DNA of 64,000 nt from a virus: the IMG/VR virus record IMGVR_UViG_3300044819_000016, positions 19,042 to 83,041 of that record; one strand, given 5' to 3'. The notes beneath the pieces are model-generated. The model searched no databases. It was not told the origin of the DNA and was given only the letters and a program-made list of their open reading frames with translations. Made by a program: the position numbers and the translations under genes. How positions within the stretch are numbered: position 1 is the stretch's first letter; each line of letters begins with the position of its first letter. Of the stretch, positions 38,261 through 46,885 are shown piece by piece.

Positions 38261-39262
38261 ATGGCTCGACCGAAGAAGATCAAGACCGAGAAGGAACCGA
38301 AGGCGAAGGCGACCGAGAAGACGTTCGCCGAGCGCGCCGCCGAGATGCTCCGCGCCGAGTTCGGAGAGGAGTCAGCGGATACCCTGGCGGACGGCGGCTA
38401 CTCCAAGGTCCACGCCGTGCTGCCAACCGGCCTCGAAGTCCTGGACCGCTGGGTCATCGGGATCGGTGGCCTGCCCTACGGAAGGATCATCGAGATCAGC
38501 GGCCCCGAGGACGTTGGGAAGTCGAGCCTGATTAATGCTCTGATGGCCGCTGCACAGCGCGATGGCGCGGTGGCTTGCTTGGGGGATGCTGAGCGCAAGG
38601 TGCAGCCAGAATGGGTCGATACGTTCGGCGTGAACCGCAAGGAGATCATCCTCCTGCCGGCGGAGACGGTGGAACAGTTCCTCAGCCAAATCCGCATGAT
38701 GCTTCGGAAGTACGGCAAGACAAAGAAGATGGTTTTCATCCTCGACTCGGTGGCTACCTGCATGCCGAAGAAGGCACTTGAGTCCGACCTGAACGAGGCG
38801 GAGATCCCTGGTGCGATGGGAGCCGCCTGGAGCCGTGGTCTCCGGGCCCTGCACAAAGCCCTCTCATCGAGCAATTCGATGCTTGTCTTAACGAACCAGC
38901 AGAGATCAAAGATCGGGGTCCTTTTCGGTCCAACCGAGGACACTCCAGGAGGCCGCGCGATCAAGCACTATGCCTCGTTGCGGCTTGGAATGTTTCATGG
39001 AAAATCGGTCAAGGATGGTGACCGCCACGTAGCGAAGTGGGCGAACGTTCGCGTGCTGAAGAACCACCTCGGGCCCGGGGCGAACCACCGCAAGGCGGCC
39101 ATCCTCCTCGATTTCAAAGCTGGATGGGACGACGGCAAATCGACGCTCTATCACGCGCGCGAGGTCGGCTGCGCGGACGCGAACACGCGGTCTGTCGAGG
39201 AGGCGAGGAAGAACCTCGGGTGGTCAGTCGTCGAGGACGCCGGTCTCCCCGGGGCGGCCTGA
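38261..39262 (+). CDS. recA: RecA/UvsX recombinase
   Basis: GGLPYGRIIEISGPEDVGKS, ILDSVA, TNQQRSKIG, TPGGRAIKHYASLR. Confidence 0.95.
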   Translation: MARPKKIKTEKEPKAKATEKTFAERAAEMLRAEFGEESADTLADGGYSKVHAVLPTGLEVLDRWVIGIGGLPYGRIIEISGPEDVGKSSLINALMAAAQRDGAVACLGDAERKVQPEWVDTFGVNRKEIILLPAETVEQFLSQIRMMLRKYGKTKKMVFILDSVATCMPKKALESDLNEAEIPGAMGAAWSRGLRALHKALSSSNSMLVLTNQQRSKIGVLFGPTEDTPGGRAIKHYASLRLGMFHGKSVKDGDRHVAKWANVRVLKNHLGPGANHRKAAILLDFKAGWDDGKSTLYHAREVGCADANTRSVEEARKNLGWSVVEDAGLPGAA

Positions 39263-39527
39263 GCCGTCGGCGTCCTGGGCCTGCACCAAACTCCAGCCGG
39301 TTCGCGTCTGCAAGAAGAAATGATCGCCCCAGCGAACGATCGTGAGCCGGTCTGGATTGTAGGTCCCGTCCACTGATTCGCGGCTGAGTGGCGGCGCGGT
39401 GTTTTCCATGGGCGCCCGTCACTGCGAACGCCGTGCCAGCTGGAATAGCGTAGATCCGCCTACATCGCGTTACGCAATGCACCCGATGTCCGAGGGATGG
39501 ATCGGCGAGCGGGCCAACTTCGAAACT

Positions 39528-39806
39528 ATGGGCAAGGAGAAACAAGTGGCCAAGCAACCATCCAAGATGCCGAATCCGTGCGACCAGTGCGGCGGCGAAG
39601 AGTGGCACGCCCCGGGGTCCAGGATCTGTAAACAGAACCGGGCCCGCAACGAGCAAGACCGAACGGCCATCGAGGCGACGGTTCGCGAACAATCGCGGTG
39701 CATCGCCTGGATCCAGGAGTACCGGCGCCGCTCCTTGAATGCCTTCGATCCTGAGTTCCTGATCCTCGACATCGAGAGCGGACTGAACGCCGAGGACGAA
39801 GTATGA
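39528..39806 (+). CDS. Hypothetical protein (putatively leaderless)
   Basis: ATG lies 7 nt after GGGCCAACTT (39511-39520). Confidence 0.6.
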   Translation: MGKEKQVAKQPSKMPNPCDQCGGEEWHAPGSRICKQNRARNEQDRTAIEATVREQSRCIAWIQEYRRRSLNAFDPEFLILDIESGLNAEDEV

Positions 39807-40945
39807 CCACCACGGCGAAGTCCAAGAAACCGAAGTACGATGTTGCCATCGTCGCCGACGTTCACCTCGGGAACCACCGAGGATGGGGTGGCCCCGTGGG
39901 TACCGATGGGCTGAACCAAGCCGCGAGGCTCGGGATCGAGAGCCTGGTGGAAGCCATCGAGATCGCGAAGTCTGCCGGCTGCTCCGTCCTGATCGTGGCT
40001 GGTGATCTGTTCCAGACAGCGCGCCCCGAGCCGGCTCTCATCGCCGCCGTCCAGCACGCGATCACGGCAGGCGAGCTTCCCGTGGCCCTGATCCCTGGGA
40101 ACCACGACATGCCTGACGCCACCGCCGAGAACGGCAACACGGCGCTTGCCCCGCTTTGGGACTGCGCCCAGATCGTTGGCAGTCCGGAGCGCATGGTGCT
40201 GAACACGTTCGCCATCGTCGCGGTACCGTTCGACGCCCGCGCCCCGATGCGCAATGTCCTGGACGAGTGCCCGCTCCTGGAGAAGCCAAACGCCGACGAG
40301 AGCCGGCGGACCATCCTTGTCACGCACGTTGGGGTCTACGATGACTTGGACGCCAAGTTGTCGCCCTGGGTTCGCCTGGCCAAGGACGGAATCTCGGACA
40401 CGGAGATGTTCGCGATCATGAAGCGCGCCGGCATCCGCCTGGCGTTCGTGGGGAACTTCCACGAGCATCGGCAGTGGACGGACCCGGACGGCCGCACCAT
40501 CATCCAGTGCGGCACGCTGGCGCCGCACAGCTTCTCGGACGCCGGGACTCACCAGCGCGGGCTCGTCATCCTGACGGACGGCGAGATGTTCAAGACGAGT
40601 GAGGCGCGCGGCGTCCGGTTCGTGAACCTTCGGGGAAATGACCCGAACCACCTCGCCAGCCTCACCCAGGGGATCAGCAAGGGCAATCGCTACGTGGTTC
40701 GGCAGACGGGCGGCGCGCGCTGGGAGGAGTCGGAGATCAAGGAGCTTCTGGCCTACGAGTGGGTCCCCCAGAAGGCGCCGACCGAGAAGGCCAGCGGGGG
40801 CCCGGCGCCGACGTCCGCCCCCGATCCGATGGCCGCGCTGACGGCGCACCTCGCTGCCGCCCCGATGCCGCCTGGACTGGACTCGACCGTGGCGCGCGCC
40901 AGCGTGCTCGCGCTGGTCAAAGACTTTTGGAAACGCTCCGCCTGA
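39803..40945 (+). CDS. sbcD: SbcD/Mre11-like nuclease
   Basis: ADVHLG, AGDLF, PGNHD, LVTH, GNFHE metallophosphoesterase motifs. Confidence 0.85.
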   Translation: MTTTAKSKKPKYDVAIVADVHLGNHRGWGGPVGTDGLNQAARLGIESLVEAIEIAKSAGCSVLIVAGDLFQTARPEPALIAAVQHAITAGELPVALIPGNHDMPDATAENGNTALAPLWDCAQIVGSPERMVLNTFAIVAVPFDARAPMRNVLDECPLLEKPNADESRRTILVTHVGVYDDLDAKLSPWVRLAKDGISDTEMFAIMKRAGIRLAFVGNFHEHRQWTDPDGRTIIQCGTLAPHSFSDAGTHQRGLVILTDGEMFKTSEARGVRFVNLRGNDPNHLASLTQGISKGNRYVVRQTGGARWEESEIKELLAYEWVPQKAPTEKASGGPAPTSAPDPMAALTAHLAAAPMPPGLDSTVARASVLALVKDFWKRSA

Positions 40946-40959
40946 AAGGACCACCACCC

Positions 40960-41160
40960 ATGCAAACCCAAGACGTTGAGATCGAAGCCGAGACGGTTGT
41001 CGTCAAGATCGAGGTCGAGTCCGTCCTCGTGACCCTCTGGCAGTCGACGGTGACGGTCGATGGCTCCGTCCGCTACACGGCGGCATTCGAGAACAGCCCA
41101 GCTGCCGCGTTCATCAAGGCCCTCGACTTCGCGCGCGGCGCGAACCTGGTGAGCCAGTGA
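40960..41160 (+). CDS. Hypothetical protein
   Basis: AAGGA RBS; 66 aa. Confidence 0.55.
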   Translation: MQTQDVEIEAETVVVKIEVESVLVTLWQSTVTVDGSVRYTAAFENSPAAAFIKALDFARGANLVSQ

Positions 41161-41399
41161 GCAGCGCTGAGAAGGCATGCCTGGAGTTCTATGTCGCCAG
41201 CCGGGAGCTTCTCCTGATCGAAGGCGCATGGGCGACCAGGGATCGGGACGTCAACATCGGGCGTTCACTGAACGAAGCCACCCAGTACCAGGCCGACAAG
41301 GAGAAGGCGACCTTGAGGGTCAAGAATGCCGAGTTCGAGATCAAGAACATCGGCGCGTTTCTCTACGAGAAGGGGCGCCCGAGCGCGGTGCCGCGATGA
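41157..41399 (+). CDS. Hypothetical protein
   Basis: GTGA overlap; 80 aa. Confidence 0.55.
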   Translation: MSSAEKACLEFYVASRELLLIEGAWATRDRDVNIGRSLNEATQYQADKEKATLRVKNAEFEIKNIGAFLYEKGRPSAVPR

Positions 41400-43060
41400 T
41401 CGTCCGCCGGATCCTCCTGACCGACTTCTTGCGCTACAAGGATGCGACCATCGACCTGCCCGAGGTCGGGCTCGTGGCGTTCTGTGGCCTGAACGGTAGC
41501 GGAAAGAGCAGCTGTCTGGAGGCTATCGCTTGGACGCTCTGGGGTCGCTCCCTCCGCGGCGCCGACGACCCGGGCCCCGCCGGCTCCGCGACCGCCATGC
41601 TTGACGACGGGTTCCATATCGAGCGCCAACGCTCCGGCCGCACGACCAAGGGCCTGACCCTGTCCACCGCCGCCGAGTCCCTGTCCGGCCAGACCGTGAC
41701 CCAGACCCAGGTCAAGATCGTGGAGCGCTGGGGGACCTTCGAGCGGTTCGCGGCAACCAGGGTGTTCGGCCGTGACCTCCTGTCCAGGTTCGGCACGGCG
41801 ACCAACAGGGAGCGTCAACAGCTCCTGGAGTCCATCCTCGGGTTCGAGCAGTTCTCCCGGGCAGAGAAGCTGGCCCGGGTCGAGCTTTCGACGCGGCGCT
41901 CGGCCCAGGACGGGGCGGACTCGGCCCTCCGGTACGCCGAGAAGGTGCTCCAGGACGCGCAGGAGCGCGCCCAGGGCTCGGGACCGCCCCCGAACCTCCT
42001 GGTGCTCCAGGACGAGATAGACGCGGCCCTACGCGCACGCCAAGCAGCGGAGGAGGCCATCGCGAAGGCGCGCGCCGCCCGCGACCGCTCCGCGTCCCTT
42101 CTCGACCGCCAGCGCCGGGCCCGGTATGACGCTGGTCACGAAGCCGACCAGGCCAAGGCCGAGACGATGGTGGCGGCCGGCAAGATCCAGGCGGCCCGCA
42201 AACTGCTGGAGTGCCCGGTGTGCCTCCGGGGCGCGTCCGAGGAGGACAGGGGCGTCATCGTCGCCCACCACCAGGCGACCCTCAACGCCGCCGCCAAGCG
42301 CAAGGCGGACGCCATGAACCTCATCGAGGCGCTCGATGCCGACATGGAGGACCTCGGCGCCCAGGTCGCGATCCACGACAAGGTGATCCGAGCCGCCGAC
42401 CAAGATCGGAGCGTCGCGTCCATCGCCTACGAGCAAGCCAAGGCAGACCTCAGGGTGGCCCAAGCCGCCAATGCCCAGGCCATGCGCGCCGCCGACGAGA
42501 TCGACAAGGCGCAATCCTTGGTCACAGAGACCACCCAGATCGCCACCACGGCACGGGCAGTCGTCCAGCAGGCCCAGGCAGCCGTCGAGGCCCTTGGGCC
42601 CCGTGGCGCGCGTCTCAGGCTGTTCAGCGACGCCCTGCAACGCCTGGAAGCCGAGACCAACGCCGTGCTCGACCGCCTAGGAATGGGCCTCGCCGTCGAA
42701 ATCTCGGCCCGCAAGACCCAGGCCAGCGGCAAGGAAGTGGACGAGGTCTCGATCACGCTCAAGGGCGCAGGTGCCGGCGAGTACCTCGGGGCGTCGGGCG
42801 GAGAGCGCACCCGCGTGGACGTCGCCATGATCCTGGCCCTCGGGCGCCTCTCGGGTGACGGCGGCCTCCTGGCGTTCGACGAGGTGTTCGATCCCCTCGA
42901 CGACGACGGCATCGAGCGCGTCTCTCAGTTGCTGGAGGAGCTTGCCGAGAAGCGCCAGGTCCTGGTGACGAGCCACAATCCCAGGCTCCTGGCGTCCATC
43001 CCAGCCAGTCAGATTCGCCGTGTCTCCCGGAACCCGGAAGGCGGATCGCAAATCACGTAG
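41396..43060 (+). CDS. sbcC: SbcC/Rad50-like ATPase
   Basis: GLNGSGKS, coiled coil with CPVC zinc hook, SGGERTR, FDEVFDPLD, VTSH. Confidence 0.9.
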   Translation: MIVRRILLTDFLRYKDATIDLPEVGLVAFCGLNGSGKSSCLEAIAWTLWGRSLRGADDPGPAGSATAMLDDGFHIERQRSGRTTKGLTLSTAAESLSGQTVTQTQVKIVERWGTFERFAATRVFGRDLLSRFGTATNRERQQLLESILGFEQFSRAEKLARVELSTRRSAQDGADSALRYAEKVLQDAQERAQGSGPPPNLLVLQDEIDAALRARQAAEEAIAKARAARDRSASLLDRQRRARYDAGHEADQAKAETMVAAGKIQAARKLLECPVCLRGASEEDRGVIVAHHQATLNAAAKRKADAMNLIEALDADMEDLGAQVAIHDKVIRAADQDRSVASIAYEQAKADLRVAQAANAQAMRAADEIDKAQSLVTETTQIATTARAVVQQAQAAVEALGPRGARLRLFSDALQRLEAETNAVLDRLGMGLAVEISARKTQASGKEVDEVSITLKGAGAGEYLGASGGERTRVDVAMILALGRLSGDGGLLAFDEVFDPLDDDGIERVSQLLEELAEKRQVLVTSHNPRLLASIPASQIRRVSRNPEGGSQIT

Positions 43061-43070
43061 CCCCGGCTCC

Positions 43071-43390
43071 CCTCGAATTCGAAAGAGGGTCTTCGAATTT
43101 TTCATGAGCACCTGAAATTCGAAAGAGGGTCTTCGGTTTTTCCAGGGACTCCCGGAATTCAAAAGAGGGTCTTCGATTTTTCTGTGAGCACCCGATAGCC
43201 CCGCCCGGGGCTTTTTGAATCCCCCCTCCCGGATTCCTAAAGAGGGTCTTCGAATTTTCCGCACCCGCCAGCCAGCTGCCGCGGAAGGATCCCGCGCGCG
43301 CTGCGCTTCCGGGAATCAAAAGAGGGTCTCGGAATTTTCCGACACTCCCGGATTTCTAAAGAGGGTCTTGGATTTTTTCGTGAGCACGGG
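43071..43390. repeat. Six imperfect ~28-bp direct repeats with core AAAGAGGGTCT
   Basis: Cores start at 43082, 43122, 43162, 43239, 43319 and 43358. Confidence 0.9.
43197..43216 (+). terminator. Rho-independent terminator inside the repeat array
   Basis: AGCCCCG-CC-CGGGGCT followed by TTTT. Confidence 0.55.
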
Positions 43391-43440
43391 CCAGCCAGCC
43401 CCCGCGCGGAGCCGGTGCACAGTCCGGATTCCGGAAAAAA

Positions 43441-43538
43441 GCACGGAGCACGGAGCACGGAGCACGGAGCACGGAGCACGGAGCACGGAGCACGGAGCAC
43501 GGAGCACGGAGCACGGAGCACGGAGCACGGAGCACGGA
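43441..43538. repeat. Perfect heptamer tandem repeat (GCACGGA)14
   Basis: Counted directly. Confidence 0.95.
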
Positions 43539-43600
43539 GCGATCGCGCATGGGACTCAAACCTCCGAAAGAAAAAGATCGGGGAGCTTGAAAATAATTCA

Positions 43601-43629
43601 TTGACGAAGTTTCTTAGTTACGGTATTCC
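43601..43629 (+). promoter_or_regulatory. Sigma70-type early promoter
   Basis: TTGACG-17-TATTCC with an AT-rich upstream tract and AGTTACGGTA core. Confidence 0.75.
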
Positions 43630-43638
43630 TATTTCACC

Positions 43639-43824
43639 ATGACGAATCAAACGAACAACGGAATCCACGCAAACGAAGCAATCGAGACGGCGCGTCTGGC
43701 GCTGGACCGCGCTCTTAACCGCGCGCTCGATGCACAAACGGACTATCTCGCGAATGCCGAATGGCACACGCAATCGGCTCTCGGGTGGTTCGACTTCGCG
43801 GCAGACATGCTCGCCTGCACCTAA
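43639..43824 (+). CDS. Early hypothetical protein
   Basis: First ORF after the promoter. Confidence 0.5.
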   Translation: MTNQTNNGIHANEAIETARLALDRALNRALDAQTDYLANAEWHTQSALGWFDFAADMLACT

Positions 43825-43850
43825 CCCACAAACTCGAAAGGACACGCACT

Positions 43851-44276
43851 ATGATCAATGCATCACCTGTCAGACTCGGCAATGGTACTTGGGGGGCCCG
43901 CGTGGCGGACCCTGTCAACGTTGGCGATCCTGTCCTGATCCGAACCTCTACCGGGAAACGCTGGACTGCTTTCGTGACTCGTCTCGTATGGTCGAGCGGG
44001 ACAGGCTCGATCGTCGAAACCTCGAAGGAACGGCCATCTGTCGCACCCGTCGAGTCATTCACTGCCGAGTTGGCGCGCGGCATGCGCGAAGGGTCGGAGG
44101 CAACGCGCGCCGAACGTGCGCCCGTCAGATTCGCGCCGCGCGTCCAGGTTCCCGCGCAAGCCCCGATCGAGGTCTCCGAGGTTCCGGCCGTCAAGGTCGA
44201 GATCCCGGAGATGCCGGCATGGTTGACGGAGGAGATCCCGGCCGATCCCGACGAATTGATTCCCGTCGACGAATAG
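43851..44276 (+). CDS. Early hypothetical protein
   Basis: GAAAGGA RBS; starts MINASPVRLGNGTWGARV. Confidence 0.65.
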   Translation: MINASPVRLGNGTWGARVADPVNVGDPVLIRTSTGKRWTAFVTRLVWSSGTGSIVETSKERPSVAPVESFTAELARGMREGSEATRAERAPVRFAPRVQVPAQAPIEVSEVPAVKVEIPEMPAWLTEEIPADPDELIPVDE

Positions 44277-44282
44277 ACGTTC

Positions 44283-44325
44283 GCCAGCTTGATCCACGAA
44301 GCGGTACTTCGTGGATCAAGCTGGC
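44283..44325. repeat. Perfect 19-bp inverted repeat with 5-nt loop
   Basis: GCCAGCTTGATCCACGAAG-CGGTA-CTTCGTGGATCAAGCTGGC. Confidence 0.9.
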
Positions 44326-44388
44326 TAGGGTCTCCGGTCTGACGTCGATGTTTACGAGACCCAGTAGACGATTCTCAAGAATAGTTTG

Positions 44389-44416
44389 TTGACACTTTTA
44401 TTACTTACGATATCTT
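44389..44416 (+). promoter_or_regulatory. Sigma70-type early promoter
   Basis: TTGACA-16-TATCTT; upstream GATTCTCAA(G/A)AATAGTTTG is shared with 45871-45889. Confidence 0.75.
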
Positions 44417-44457
44417 GGTCTCTCCGGTTCACACACTCTTTCGAAAGGCAAACCAAC

Positions 44458-45549
44458 ATGACCCTTCTCGCAACCAATGAATCCCAGCGCCAGACCGCAT
44501 TGACCCGTCTCAACCGCTACGTCACGGAGGGACAGGCGCGCGCTGTCTCCGTCATGAAGCGTATCGAGACGGAGATCCCCTCCGATCATATCGTCAAGGC
44601 CGAGGTCGTTTCGTTCGGCCAGCACGACGGAGCTTTTCAGATGATCCTTCCGCGTCCTGGCTCGCAAGGTGCAATCCGCGGCACGATCCATCGCAATGCG
44701 CTCGGACAGATCGTCGAGCGTTGCGGAATGCGCGACATGCGCTACGCCGACCACTTGATCTCGACCGACTGGGGCCGAAACGTGCTGGCGAACAACCTCC
44801 AGCAAGGGATCCGCAACGGCAATTCTGGCTCCAAGTTCCTGGTACGCGGAAACTCGGGACAGGTGCGCGGATTCCTGTCCTCAAAGTTCAGACGCATCGA
44901 CGCGCGGCCGATCGCGGACACCCTGATCACGGAGGCCAAAGCGGCAGGGGCGATCGTGACCGACGCGGTGATTTCGGACGTGAAGGTCGAGATGAAATTC
45001 ATCGTTCCCCAAGTGATCGAGGTTTCGCCTGGCGAGTTTCTCGTGTTTGGCTTCAGCTGGGGAAATTCCGACTACGGGTGCGGCGCCAACTGGCTCCGCG
45101 CGTTCGCTCTCCGGCTCATGTGTTTCAATGGCGCGACGCTCGAACAAATGTTGCGGCAGGTGCATCTCGGTCGCGAGCTTTCCGAAGACATCGAATGGTC
45201 GGCCGCGACCCTGGCGAGCGACACCCGAACCGCAACGCTGGCAGCGCGCGACACAGCGCGCACCCTGCTGTCCCCTGTGCGAATCAAGGCAACGGCGGAT
45301 CTCGTCACGCGCGCCACAAACCAAAATGTCGACGTCAAGACGATGTTGGCCAGCATGAAAAAGACGGTGGGAAAGGCGACCTCGGAGAGAATTGCAACGG
45401 CGTACAACTCCCCGGACGTCGAAGAACTTCCGGCCGGGAACACGCTGTGGCGGTTCAGCAACGCGATCAGTCTCGTCGCCAGGGACGAGAAGAACGTGGA
45501 CGAAAAACTCGACCTTGAACGTCTGGCCGGCGACATCCTCCGCGCGTAG
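44458..45549 (+). CDS. DUF932-like protein
   Basis: VRGFLSSKFRRID...GNSDYGCG...RLMCFNG...HLG...TLWRFSNAIS. Confidence 0.65.
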   Translation: MTLLATNESQRQTALTRLNRYVTEGQARAVSVMKRIETEIPSDHIVKAEVVSFGQHDGAFQMILPRPGSQGAIRGTIHRNALGQIVERCGMRDMRYADHLISTDWGRNVLANNLQQGIRNGNSGSKFLVRGNSGQVRGFLSSKFRRIDARPIADTLITEAKAAGAIVTDAVISDVKVEMKFIVPQVIEVSPGEFLVFGFSWGNSDYGCGANWLRAFALRLMCFNGATLEQMLRQVHLGRELSEDIEWSAATLASDTRTATLAARDTARTLLSPVRIKATADLVTRATNQNVDVKTMLASMKKTVGKATSERIATAYNSPDVEELPAGNTLWRFSNAISLVARDEKNVDEKLDLERLAGDILRA

Positions 45550-45553
45550 CTAG

Positions 45554-45602
45554 TGGCCAGTCTGGACTCCCGAGGTCGCTCGGGAGTCCTAGCGGGCCCC
45601 GA
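45554..45602. repeat. 49-bp hairpin element, copy 1 (loop GTCG)
   Basis: Identical to 46813-46861 except for the loop. Confidence 0.9.
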
Positions 45603-45630
45603 GCTAACTCAATCGCAAGGAGAACACACC

Positions 45631-45885
45631 ATGGCACGTCTCACCGATCCCCAACTGTCCGCGCTGGGTTTCCTTCTGTCGTGCGTACAAGGCGCCTACG
45701 ATCGCGGCCAGCACACGATCACGCCATTCACGCGCCCTAATACCTTGCGAGCGTTACTCGCCTCTGAATTCGCCGCTTATGCGTCCGACGATATCGTGAT
45801 CACAGAGGCCGGACGCCAGGCATACGCAACGGGTGTCGGCCCTTCAGGCGACCGAACGCGCGCCATGAAAGATTCTCAAAAATAG
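45631..45885 (+). CDS. Early hypothetical protein (winged-helix-like)
   Basis: AAGGAG RBS; LTDPQLSAL...ITEAGR. Confidence 0.55.
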   Translation: MARLTDPQLSALGFLLSCVQGAYDRGQHTITPFTRPNTLRALLASEFAAYASDDIVITEAGRQAYATGVGPSGDRTRAMKDSQK

Positions 45886-45889
45886 TTTG

Positions 45890-45917
45890 TTGACAGATTT
45901 CTTAGTTACGGTATTCT
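45890..45917 (+). promoter_or_regulatory. Sigma70-type early promoter
   Basis: TTGACA-16-TATTCT with AGTTACGGTA core. Confidence 0.8.
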
Positions 45918-45972
45918 GTTTTCTGTAGCAACCAACCAACACAAAAACTCTCTCTCACAAAAGGCAAACACC

Positions 45973-46206
45973 ATGAAGACTATCGCTCTGATCCTCAAGC
46001 TATGGAATTCCTCTGCCGCCCCTCAGGTTGCGGACGTCGACGCACCCGCGATGGAGGTCCAGCTTTCGGCCGCCGATTCCGCCAAGGTCGAGAACCTTCG
46101 GGCCAGCCTGGCGAGCGACGATGACGGCGGACCCATCGATCTCAGCAAGCCGATGGACGTCTACGGATGGACCACGGCAGTCGGCGGCGTTCCCAAGTCG
46201 AAGTAA
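45973..46206 (+). CDS. Early hypothetical protein
   Basis: AAAGG RBS after the promoter. Confidence 0.6.
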   Translation: MKTIALILKLWNSSAAPQVADVDAPAMEVQLSAADSAKVENLRASLASDDDGGPIDLSKPMDVYGWTTAVGGVPKSK

Positions 46207-46257
46207 CTCAACCAACCCACCAACCCCACCAACCCACGAACCAACGGAGAACCCACC

Positions 46258-46806
46258 ATGATCTTTAACAAGTCCTGCCAGATTGACGCCGCGACCGGAG
46301 ATGACACCACCCGCCCGTCCCTGACGTCAGCGTACCTCAATGTCGGCGCCAAGATGCTGGAGGCCACCAACGGGAAACTCGGCGTTCGTCTGCCCGTCAC
46401 TGTCGAGCCTGGGGACGTCTCCGGATACGTCACGGACGACGCGATCAAGGCCGCGCGCAAGGCGGCAGGGAAGGGATCGGAAGCTTCGATCCACGCGAAT
46501 GGTGCGCTGGCAGTCCCGAACGGTCCCACGTTCCCGCGCCCCGACTACGGCAGGTTTCCCGACCTCGCGTCCGTGATGCCCGATTTCAAGGCTGGCGACG
46601 CTGGCACCGTGACGGTGCATTTCAATCCGAGCTTGCTGGCCGACCTCTGCAAAGCGATCGGCGCGACGACCCGAACCGGCATCATCAGCTTCACCGTCAA
46701 ACTCCCCGAGACGGAAGGGAAGTACAAGGGCCTGGTCCTGGATCCGATCGTCATCTCGACGTCCGAGTCATCCGCCCAGGCGGTGCTGATGCCCGCGCGC
46801 GGCTAG
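46258..46806 (+). CDS. Truncated DNA polymerase III beta-clamp-like protein
   Basis: DDTTRPSL...EATNG...GRFPD..SVMP...FNPSLL...VLMPAR mirror motifs of clamp domains II-III. Confidence 0.6.
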   Translation: MIFNKSCQIDAATGDDTTRPSLTSAYLNVGAKMLEATNGKLGVRLPVTVEPGDVSGYVTDDAIKAARKAAGKGSEASIHANGALAVPNGPTFPRPDYGRFPDLASVMPDFKAGDAGTVTVHFNPSLLADLCKAIGATTRTGIISFTVKLPETEGKYKGLVLDPIVISTSESSAQAVLMPARG

Positions 46807-46812
46807 GTTCGC

Positions 46813-46861
46813 TGGCCAGTCTGGACTCCCGAGCGACCTCGGGAGTCCTAGCGGGCCCCGA
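46813..46861. repeat. 49-bp hairpin element, copy 2 (loop CGAC)
   Basis: See 45554-45602. Confidence 0.9.
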
Positions 46862-46885
46862 ACCACTAACCGAAAGGACGCCAAG

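Noticed and set aside
43071-43390. CRISPR array
   Set aside because: Repeats are degenerate, the intervening segments are about 10-50 bp and partly similar to each other, and no cas genes are present.
43215-43642. ORFs with STEHGAR / LRAPCSV repeats
   Set aside because: These are translations of the heptamer microsatellite, with no RBS and no coding signature.
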